Below, in pieces: positions 18,821 through 26,930 of a DNA stretch of 64,000 nt. Each line of letters starts with the position of its first letter. The stretch's first letter is position 1. A program made the translations under genes and the position numbers. Source of the DNA: an uncultured Thermoleophilia bacterium (lineage in GTDB: Bacteria; Actinomycetota; Thermoleophilia; UBA2241); assembly GCA_963829205.1 (NCBI GenBank), contig CAWHHT010000005.1:8082-72081 (forward strand), in the 5' to 3' direction. Below the pieces are notes generated by a model. It had not been told where the DNA came from, searched no databases, and was given only the letters and a program-made list of their open reading frames with translations.

Positions 18821-20028
18821 GCTGTGGTCCTCGCGCTCTCGGCCTGGGCGGTTCGGCTCATGACCTCGTCGCCGAAGTGCTCCAGGATGGACATGAAGGC
18901 GTTGGAGCTCGTCTGGCCGAGGCCGCACTTGGACGCGACCTGCATCGTGCCGCTGAGCTCGCGCAGCTCGGCGACGTACTCCGCGGAGCAGGTCCCCTCC
19001 TTGAGCTGCCGGGCCGCCTCGAGCATCTTGACGTTGCCGAGGCGGCACGGGGTGCACTGGCCGCACGACTCGTCGACGAAGAACTCGAGGAAGTTCTCGG
19101 CCACGTCGAGCATGTCGCGCTGCGGGCCGAACACCATGACCGAGCCGCCCGTGGGGATGTCCTCGAAGGCCATCTGGCGGGCGAACTGCTTGCGTGGCAC
19201 GCAGGTGCCCGAGGCGCCGCCGATCTGCACGGCCTTGGCGTCCTCTCCGCCGACCTCCTTGAGCAGGTCGGCGACGGTGATCCCGAACGGGAACTCGTAG
19301 ACGCCGGGCCTGGCGCAGTCGCCCGAGACGCTGAACAGCTTGAAGCCGGTCGAGCGGTCTGTACCGAAGCTCTTGAACCAGTCGACGCCCTTGGCGAAGA
19401 TGCAGGCCGCCGAGGCGAGCGTCTCGACGTTGTTGACCACCGTCGGCGCGTAGCGGTAGCCGGCCACGACGGGGAACGGCGGGCGGTTGCGCGGCTCGCC
19501 GCGGAAGCCCTCGAGGGACTCGATGAGGGCCGTCTCCTCGCCGCAGATGTAGGCGCCGGCGCCGAGGGCGACGATGATGTCGAAGTCGAAGCCCTTGACG
19601 CCGCCGACGTCCTTGCCCAGCAGGCCGGCGGCGCGCCGCTTCTTGATGACCGCGTTGAGGTGCGAGCGCAGGTACGTGTACTCGCCGCGCAGGTAGACGA
19701 TGCCCTCGCTGGCGCCGATGGCGCGGCCGCCGATCGTCATGCCGGCGAACACGAGGTCCGCGAACTCGGTGAGGATGACGCGGTCCTTGAAGGTACCGGG
19801 CTCACCCTCGTCGGCGTTGCAGATGATGTACTTCTTGTCGCCCTTCTCAGAACCGCAGAAGTTCCACTTCATCCCGGTCGGGAAGCCGGCGCCGCCGCGG
19901 CCCTTCATGCCGGAGGCGGTGACCATGTCGATGATGTCCGGGCGCGACAACGCGAGGGCGGCCTTGAGGCCGGCATCCCCGTCGATGGAGGCGAAGGTGA
20001 GGGTGTTGCCCTGAGTCTCGATGCTCAT
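18817..20028 (-). CDS. hydB: NuoF-like flavoprotein subunit HydB (minimal form, 403 aa), copy 1
   Basis: Start MSIETQG at 20028. [37 protein letters not shown]. It lacks the N-terminal thioredoxin-like domain and the C-terminal ferredoxin domains. Confidence 0.85.
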   Translation of the reverse strand: MSIETQGNTLTFASIDGDAGLKAALALSRPDIIDMVTASGMKGRGGAGFPTGMKWNFCGSEKGDKKYIICNADEGEPGTFKDRVILTEFADLVFAGMTIGGRAIGASEGIVYLRGEYTYLRSHLNAVIKKRRAAGLLGKDVGGVKGFDFDIIVALGAGAYICGEETALIESLEGFRGEPRNRPPFPVVAGYRYAPTVVNNVETLASAACIFAKGVDWFKSFGTDRSTGFKLFSVSGDCARPGVYEFPFGITVADLLKEVGGEDAKAVQIGGASGTCVPRKQFARQMAFEDIPTGGSVMVFGPQRDMLDVAENFLEFFVDESCGQCTPCRLGNVKMLEAARQLKEGTCSAEYVAELRELSGTMQVASKCGLGQTSSNAFMSILEHFGDEVMSRTAQAESARTTA

Positions 20029-20546
20029 ACGAGGTACCCCTCTTTGCGCTCGGCCGTGTGCCCGCTGTAGGCGGCACGGCACTCGGCCGCGATCTCGCGC
20101 ACCACGTCGGGCGTGACGCGCGTGTAGACCTTGTCGTTGACGAGCAGGGCCGGGCCCTGGTCGCACATGCCCATACAGGCCGCCCAGTCGAGCGAGAAGC
20201 GGCCGTCGGCCGAGGTCTCGCCGAAGCCGATGCCGAGCTCGCCCTCGAGCGCCTGGGCGACGGCGTCCTTGCCGGCCAGGTCGCAGGAGATCGTGCCGCA
20301 CAGGCGCACGACGAACTCGCCCTGGGGCTCTGGATTCAGGAAAGCGTAGAACGTGGCGACGCTGTAGACCTCTACCGGGTGGATGTCGAGCAGGTCCGCG
20401 ACGATCTGCATCGCGTCCGTGTCGACGCCGTGGTAGCGGCTCTTGACAGCTTGAAGAATCGGTATGAGCGAGCTCCGGCCGGGCCCCAGCTTGTCCACCA
20501 GGGCGGTGACGTCGGTGCGGAGCTGCTCCTGCTGCGTGACCAGCAT
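20025..20546 (-). CDS. hydC: NuoE-like [2Fe-2S] subunit HydC, copy 1
   Basis: LCGTISC...CMGMC thioredoxin-like ferredoxin motifs. ATG at 20546 lies 9 nt after AAGGAGAG. The ORF-track TTG start at 20555 is the alternative. Confidence 0.85.
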   Translation of the reverse strand: MLVTQQEQLRTDVTALVDKLGPGRSSLIPILQAVKSRYHGVDTDAMQIVADLLDIHPVEVYSVATFYAFLNPEPQGEFVVRLCGTISCDLAGKDAVAQALEGELGIGFGETSADGRFSLDWAACMGMCDQGPALLVNDKVYTRVTPDVVREIAAECRAAYSGHTAERKEGYLV

Positions 20547-20551
20547 TTGCG

Positions 20552-20965
20552 TCAACTCTCCTTCGCGAGCAGCTTCTTGACCTTGGCGACGAGCGTCTGC
20601 GGGTCGACCGGCTTGGGCTGGAACTCGTCGACCGGGACCATCTCTTCGTCCTTGTCGATGTTGAGGCCCATCGCCGCGTTGACGCTCGTGAGCATGATGA
20701 TCGGCAGGGTGTGCCCCGCCTTGCGGATCTCGCGCGCCATGCGCAGGCCGTCGTCGGGCTCTTCCATCATGACGTCGAGGATGAGCAGGTCCGGACTTGC
20801 CTCCTCGAGCTTCAGCATGCCGGCGGCGCGATTGGGCGCCCCCTCGACCTCGTAGCCCTCGCGCTCGAGGACGAGGCGTCCGGCCTCGACGATGTCCGGG
20901 TCGTCGTCAACGATCAGGATCTTGGGCACCTCAGACTCCCTCTCTCGGTTACCGTTCCCCTCCAC
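20552..20965 (-). CDS. Stand-alone CheY-like response regulator receiver (no output domain), first gene of hydrogenase operon 1
   Basis: KILIVDDDPDIV...DLLILDVMM...LTS...K motifs; 137 aa. Confidence 0.85.
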   Translation of the reverse strand: MEGNGNRERESEVPKILIVDDDPDIVEAGRLVLEREGYEVEGAPNRAAGMLKLEEASPDLLILDVMMEEPDDGLRMAREIRKAGHTLPIIMLTSVNAAMGLNIDKDEEMVPVDEFQPKPVDPQTLVAKVKKLLAKES

Positions 20966-21156
20966 ACGCCTCGGAAGAGGCGTTCTGCGACGGCCCGTGA
21001 CCGCGCTCTCATGCGCACGCCCGAGGCGCTCGCCGGCAGGCGCCAGCGAGGCTTGGAGGTGCGGTGAGATGCCGATCGGTGCGGGCCACTTACTCCACAG
21101 GATCCACGTTCAACTGGGCCACAGCTGCTGACTCGTTTCTAACGCGTTTTCGACGC

Positions 21157-21174
21157 TTGTGCAAGCCGTCACGA
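21157..21174 (-). promoter_or_regulatory. Candidate Rex operator in the 276-bp region upstream of REC-hydCBA
   Basis: TTGTGCAAGCCGTCACGA versus the Rex consensus TTGTGAA-N4-TTCACAA (11 of 14 specified positions). It shares the TGTGxA-N4-GTCACGA form with the site upstream of rex. Confidence 0.4.
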
Positions 21175-21241
21175 GCGTAGAGAGAATGTAATCACACTTC
21201 GTGCGCCGGCGCGAGCGCGAGGAGAGGGCTGGCCGCGGTCG

Positions 21242-22495
21242 TCAGGCCGGCGGCGCGGGGGTGGGGGAGGTGACCCCGGTGGCAAGGTCCGGGCGGCTCG
21301 CCGCAGGCTGGTCGCCGCCGGCCGGCGCGTCCTGCAGCGTGACCGTGAAGGTGCTGCCGACGCCGGGCTCGCTCTGCACCTCGGCCTCGCCGTCGTACAT
21401 GTTGGCGATCTTGCGGACGGTGGACAGTCCGAGGCCGCTGCCGAGGATCTTGACGGTGTGCTCGTTCTTGATGCGCGTGAACTCGTTGAAGAGCTTGGCG
21501 GCTTCTTCGGGAGCGAGGCCGATGCCCGTGTCGCTGACGACGATGCGCATGCTCGTGCCCTTGCGTGCCAGGCGCACCGTGACCTTGCCGCCGTCGCGGT
21601 TGTACTTGACCGCGTTGGAGATCAGGTTGTTGAGCACGATCTCGACTTCGCCGGCGTCCGCGAAGAGCTCCGCGTCGCCGTCGGTCACCAGCTCCATACT
21701 GATGCCGCGGCGTTCGGCGTCCACGGCGAACAGCTCCATGGACGCTTTGGCGAGCTCGCCCAGGTCGAGCCGTTTGATCGCGCGTTCGCGCTGCCCCGAC
21801 TCGATGCGCGTGAGGTCGAGGAGGTCGCCGATGAGCTTCTTCATCCCGTCGACGCGCACGATGCTGCGCTCGACCATCTGCAGGTTCTGGTCGGCCTCGG
21901 TGGTGCGCAGGATGTTGAGGTAGCCCTCGACGGCGTTGAGCGGCGCCTTGAGCTCGTGCGCCAGGACCGAGATGAAGTTGAAGCGGACCTGGCGCTTCTC
22001 CTCGGCCAGCTTGAGCGCCTGCTTGCTGAGGATCAGCTGGCTCGTCGCCTTGCGCAGCGCGTAGCGCATCTCCTCGGGGGTGAACGGCTTGGCGAGGAAG
22101 TCGTAGGCGCCGAGCTTGGTCGCCTTCACCGCCGTCTCAAAGGTCGCGTAGGCCGTGATCATGATGGTGAGGACCTCACGGCCCTGATTGCTGAGCTCGT
22201 CGAGCACGTCCATGCCGCCCAGGCCGGGGAGCTTGAGGTCGAGCAGCAGCAGGTCGACCTCGCCGCCCTCGCTGAGGAAGACCAGGAAGTCCTCGCCGCT
22301 GGTGAAGTAGCGGAACTCGTAGGTGGCGTCCACGAGGACGTCGGCCACGTGCACCTTGTAGCGCTCGATGATGCGCCGCACGCCGCGGCAGAGCGCCTCT
22401 TCGTCGTCCACCATGACGACCTTGAGCGTGGCCTGTTGCGGGTCCATGAGGCTCTCGCGGGTGACGAGGCTCTCGCGGGTGACGTCCGGCTGCAT
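21242..22495 (-). CDS. Hybrid receiver-histidine kinase (REC-HisKA-HATPase)
   Basis: REC: VVMVDDEE...LLLLDLKLPG. HisKA: ISVLAHELKAPL. HATPase: NLISNAVKY...DTGIGL...GSGLGL. The start could be 22495 or the internal ATG at 22447. Confidence 0.85.
   Translation of the reverse strand: MQPDVTRESLVTRESLMDPQQATLKVVMVDDEEALCRGVRRIIERYKVHVADVLVDATYEFRYFTSGEDFLVFLSEGGEVDLLLLDLKLPGLGGMDVLDELSNQGREVLTIMITAYATFETAVKATKLGAYDFLAKPFTPEEMRYALRKATSQLILSKQALKLAEEKRQVRFNFISVLAHELKAPLNAVEGYLNILRTTEADQNLQMVERSIVRVDGMKKLIGDLLDLTRIESGQRERAIKRLDLGELAKASMELFAVDAERRGISMELVTDGDAELFADAGEVEIVLNNLISNAVKYNRDGGKVTVRLARKGTSMRIVVSDTGIGLAPEEAAKLFNEFTRIKNEHTVKILGSGLGLSTVRKIANMYDGEAEVQSEPGVGSTFTVTLQDAPAGGDQPAASRPDLATGVTSPTPAPPA
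22448..22483 (-). repeat. Perfect 18-bp tandem duplication (GAGGCTCTCGCGGGTGAC x2) at the 5' end or leader of the REC-HK gene
   Basis: Read directly. If translated from 22495 it encodes TRESLV twice in frame. Confidence 0.9.
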
Positions 22496-22497
22496 CG

Positions 22498-24553
22498 TCA
22501 GGTCTCCGTGATCTCCTGCAGGCTCGCCGGCGTGTCGAGCTCCGCCTCGAAGCGCGGCAGGACGATGGTGAAGGTCGTCTGGGTCGGCCCCTTGGCGGGA
22601 TCGGCGTTGGACTCCACGGTGATCTGGCCGCGGTGCATCTTGACGATCCCGTGCGTCACCGCGAGGCCGAGGCCCGTGCCCTTGCCGACCTGCTTGGTCG
22701 TGAAGAACGGGCTGAACAACTTGTCGAGGTTCTCGTCGGGGATGCCCGTGCCCGAGTCCGAGACCATGACGACGACGTTCTCGGAAGTGCCGTCGAGGGT
22801 GATGAGGATCCTGCCGCCGTCCGGCATGGCGTGCTGCGCGTTCGTGAGCAGATTGGCGAGCACCTGGACGATCTGGTCGGCGTCGACTTCGGCGATGGGG
22901 TCGGTGAGGCGGTCCTCGACTTCCACGTCGACCCCTTCGTCGATGGGGACCGTGCGCAGCACGTCCTGCACGAGGGCGGCGAGGTCGGTGGGCTGCCGGA
23001 CGACGCGGCTCTGGCGCGCGAAGTTGAGCAGCCCGGAGATGATCTTCTTGCAGCGGTTCGCCTGGTCGACGATCAGTTTGACGTCCTCGGCGACGGCCGC
23101 ATCGTCCTCACAGTCCTCGAGCAGCAGGTTGGCGTGCAGCAGGAGGATGCCGAGCGGGTTGTTGACCTCGTGGGCGATGCCGGCCGCGAGCTGGCCCATG
23201 CTCGCCAGCTTCTCGCTCTTGACCAGCGCCTCCTTGGTGCTGGCCAGCGAGCGGTTGGACTCCTGCAGCTCGTCGACCGCCTTGCGCAGCTCCTCGACCG
23301 AGTACGGCAGGCACATCTCGGCCTCGGCCAGGCCCTGCCAGATCGCCACCGCGTGGTCGTGGCAGGTCTCGTAGCCGCAGGCGCCGCAGTCGAGCTCGTC
23401 CTCGGGCGTGAACTTGTTCATGCGCGCCAGGATCTCGCGCAGCTCGGCCGCCGTCGGCATGTCGTCGAAGCGCTGGTCGAACGGCGCGAAGGTGCGCGAG
23501 AGGTCGATGGCCCGGTAGCGCGCCACGTCCGCCTCCCAGGCCTCGGTGTCGAAGAGGCTCTGGCGCGCGCGCGTCTCGCGGCTCACGTCCGAGCGGCGCT
23601 TGAACACCGGCGCCTCGCAGCTGAAGCCGGCGCCCATGATGCAGCCCTCGCAGCAGAGGATGTCGAGCAGCCGCGCCTCGGTCTCGCCGTGCTCGAAGTC
23701 GGTGATGGCGTCGGCGAGGTTGGCGCGGCCGTCGGCGCTCACGATGTCGCCGTCGAGCAGGTCCTCGCTGAGGGCGGCCGCCTGCAGCATCCCGCGCGTG
23801 ATGGGGAAGAGGGCGCCGAGGCTGCCGTGCGGCGCGTCGAAGTCGTCGTGGTCGTTCTGCGGCGTGCAGGCTGATGCCTCTGGCGGCGAGCATCGTGCGC
23901 AGCTCCACGTAGGTGAGCGCCGCGTCGACCTCGCCTTCGAACTGCTCGTAGGAGGCCTCGCCCTTCTTGGCGATGCAGGGCCCGATGAACACGACCTTGA
24001 CGCCATCGGGCCCGTACCTGTCGTGCAGCACGCGCGCCGTGGCGAGCATCGGCGAGACGATCGGCGCCAGCCTGTCGAGCAGGTCGGGGTGGTACTTGCG
24101 CACGTAGCTCACGACCGCCGGGCAGGTGGTGGCCACCCAGCGGCCGGCGCCGCGCTCCAGGAGCCGCCTGTACTCGGCCGCCACGAGATCCGCTCCGAAG
24201 GCGACCTCGTGCACGTGCGCGAACCCGAGGGTGCGCAGCGCCGCGACCAGCGCGCCGGTGTCGCACTCGGCGAACTCGGCCGGGTAGCTGGGCGCGACGA
24301 TGGCGGCCACCGGCGCGGGACCCGCCAGCAACTTCTCGGTGTCCTCGATCCCGCTCAGCACCTGCTTCGCGTTCTGGCTGCAGACGGTGACGCAGTTGCC
24401 GCAGCCGATGCAGCGCGTCTGGATGACGCTCGCCTGGCCGTCGAGGATCTGGATCGCCTTGGCCGGGCATTCGCGCACGCAGGTGTAGCAGACGCGGCAC
24501 TTCTCGCCGATGGTGGTGACGAGCTGGGTATAGGCGACGTCGTCGTCGTTCAT
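22498..24553 (-). CDS. Sensory [FeFe]-hydrogenase-like domain fused to a histidine kinase (HydS-type H-domain + HisKA + HATPase); one frame break near 23860-23870
   Basis: 2x 4Fe-4S motifs (CRVCYTCVRECP, CIGCGNCVTVC). H-cluster-like motifs TTCPAV, GPCIAKKGE and CCEGCIMGAG. Also CGACGYETCHDH, HisKA AHEVNNPL, and HATPase GTGLGLAV. The N-part is in the frame of ORF 23108..24553 and the C-part in the frame of ORF 22498..24006. Confidence 0.8.
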
Positions 24554-24574
24554 CGGGCTCTCGTGCCGGCTTCC

Positions 24575-24982
24575 TCAGCCGGCGCGGCCGAGGAGCTCCC
24601 CGACCTTGGCGAGGAGCGCGTCCGCCGGGATCGGCTTGTCGAAGTACGCGTCGACGCGCATCTTGACGAGGTCCTCGTCCGACTCCGGCCGCAGATTGAG
24701 GCCGAGCTGGCTGCTGACCGACGTGGAGATGATGATCGGCACGGCCGCCGTGCGCGCGTCGTCCTTGAGCTGGGCCGAGAACGCGAAACCGGCGTCGATG
24801 CTGGTCATCATCAGGTCGGTGATGACCAGGTCCGGCACCTCCTCGTCGACGCGCTTGAGCGCCTCGGCGGGATTGGTCGCGGTCGTCACGCGGTAGCCGG
24901 CGCCCTCGAGGATGAAGCGGTTGATCTCGAGGAAGTCGTAGTCGTCGTCGACGATCAGTATGAGGGCCTGTTCAGCGGTCAT
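24575..24982 (-). CDS. Stand-alone CheY-like response regulator receiver
   Basis: LILIVDDDYDF...DLVITDLMM...K; 135 aa with no output domain. Confidence 0.85.
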   Translation of the reverse strand: MTAEQALILIVDDDYDFLEINRFILEGAGYRVTTATNPAEALKRVDEEVPDLVITDLMMTSIDAGFAFSAQLKDDARTAAVPIIISTSVSSQLGLNLRPESDEDLVKMRVDAYFDKPIPADALLAKVGELLGRAG

Positions 24983-25040
24983 CGTGTGCTCTCAAGTATA
25001 GCCTCTCCGGCCTCGGCCTCCGGCCGCCTTCGGACTCGGC

Positions 25041-25104
25041 GGCGGCCCCGGGAGGCGACCCCGGTCGCCCGGGGCCGCCTCCGCGGCGGGCCGAAAGGCC
25101 CGCC
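25041..25104 (-). terminator. Two consecutive GC-rich hairpins downstream of hydA copy 2
   Basis: GGCGGGCC-GAAA-GGCCCGCC (25085..25104) and GGCGGCCCCGGG-15 nt-CCCGGGGCCGCC (25041..25079), read directly. Confidence 0.45.
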
Positions 25105-25135
25105 TGGTCCGCCGTGTCTGCGCGGCGTCTGGGCT

Positions 25136-26912
25136 TCAGACGCGGTCGTGCTCGAAGTAGTGCGTGTGCAGCAGGTGGTGCGAGATCTCGCCGCACGGCG
25201 CCCCGAGGTACTCGTCGTACAGGGCGCAGACGGCCGCGTTCTCGTGCGACTTGCGCACCTCGCGGCCCTCGTCCTCGCGGTAGATCGCGCGCCATGCGCG
25301 CCTTGCGCACCTCGTTGGTGGTGAAGCGCGGCTGGCCGCCGCCGCCGATGCACCCGCCGGGGCAGGTCATGACCTCGACGAAGTGGCACTCGATCTCGCC
25401 GCTCTTGACCCGGTCGATGAGCTTCTGCGCGTTGCCGAGGCCGTGGGCCACGCCGACCTTGAGGTCGGCGCCTTCGAGGAACGCCCAGTCGCCCTTGGCG
25501 CCCTCGACCTTGACGGTCGCCATCTTGACGCCTTCGAGACCGACGATGGGCTCGACGTGCAGGTTGGGGAACGGGAACGGCGTCTCGGTGACGATCTCCC
25601 ACACGGTGCGCAGGGCCGCCTCCATGACGCCGCCGGTGTTGGCGAAGATGTCGGCGGCGCCGGTGCTGATGCCGAGCGGCGCGTCCATCTGCTCGTCGTG
25701 CAGGCCGCGGAAGTCGATGCCGGCCTGCTTGATCAGGGCGCCGAGCTCGCGCGTCGTGAGCACGATGTCGACGTCGCGCACGCCGCTGTCGTTCATCTCC
25801 GGCCGCGCCGCCTCGTACTTCTTGGCGGTGCAGGGCATGACCGAGACGACGACCATGTCCTCCGGCTTCACGCCGATCTTCTCGGCGTAGTAGGTCTTGG
25901 CGATCGCCCCGAACATCTGCTGCGGGCTCTTGCACGGTGCTGAGGTTGTCGAGCATGTCCGGGTTGAAGTGCTCCATGTAGTTGATCCAGCCCGGGGAGC
26001 AGCTGGAGAACTGCGGCAGACGCCACCGTCTCGCCGTCCACGAGGGCCTTCTTGAGCCGCACCAGCAGCTCGGTGCCCTCCTCCATGATGGTGAGGTCGG
26101 CGGTGAAGTCGGTGTCGAACACCGCGTCGAAGCCGAGGCGGCGGAGGGCGGCGACCATCTTGCCGGTCACCAGGGTGCCGGGCGCGTAGTCGAAGCACTC
26201 GCCGAGGGCGGCGCGGATGGCAGGAGCGGTCTGCACGATCACCGTCTTGGTGGGATCCTCGAGCGCGTCCCAGACCTCGTCGATCTGGTTGCGTTCCTGG
26301 ATCGCGCCCACGGGGCAGACGGCGGCGCACTGGCCGCACTGCACGCAGACGACGTCGCTGAGGTTCTGCCGCGAAGGCCGGGCCGATGAGCGTGGCGAAG
26401 CCGCGGCCCTGGGCGAAGAGGCCGCCCACTTGCTGGACCTCGTTGCAGACGGTGACGCAGCGGCGGCAGGAGATGCACTTGCCGGTGTCGCGCACGAGCG
26501 CCGGCGTGCTGTCGTCGATCATCTTGAACGTCTTCTCGCCCTGGTAGCGTAGCTCGCCGATGCCCAGGTCGAGAGCGAGGCTCTTGAGCTCGCAGTCGGC
26601 GGAGCGGCCGCAGACCTGGCAGTCGCCGTCGTGCTCCGAGAGGAGCAGTTCGACGACCATCTGGCGGCCGTCGCGCACCTTGCCGGTATTGGTCTTCACG
26701 ACCATGCCGTCGGTGGCCGGCTGGCTGCACGAGGCGACCAGCGTGCGGGCGCCTTCCACCTCGACGAGGCAGACGCGGCAGGCGCCGATGGACTGGACTT
26801 CGTCGAGGTAGCAGAGGGTCGGGATCTTCACGCCGGCCTGACGGGCGGCTTGAAGGACCGTAGTGCCCTCCGGGACCTCGACCTTGATGTCGTCAATGGT
26901 GAGGGTTGGCAT
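25136..26912 (-). pseudogene. hydA: [FeFe] hydrogenase catalytic subunit HydA, copy 2; conserved sequence recoverable only across 4 frame changes
   Basis: [16 protein letters not shown]...ACRVCLVEVEG, then CVQCGQCAAVCP (second frame). Then LPQFSSCSPGWINYMEHF (third frame). Then CKSPQQMF...MPCTAKKYE...VMTCPGGCIGGGGQP. Then IYREDEGREVRKSHENAAV...HTHYFEHDRV stop at 25136. Breaks lie near 26370, 26020, 25935 and 25290. Confidence 0.8.
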
Positions 26913-26930
26913 CCTTCAGCACTCCTTGCT

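Noticed and set aside
16925-19300. 791-aa plus-strand ORF, with similar ones at 5419..6666 (-), 21458..23374 (+), 23546..25324 (+) and 44224..46023 (-)
   Set aside because: All overlap strongly supported genes on the other strand and lack any recognisable domain. They are high-GC open-frame artefacts.
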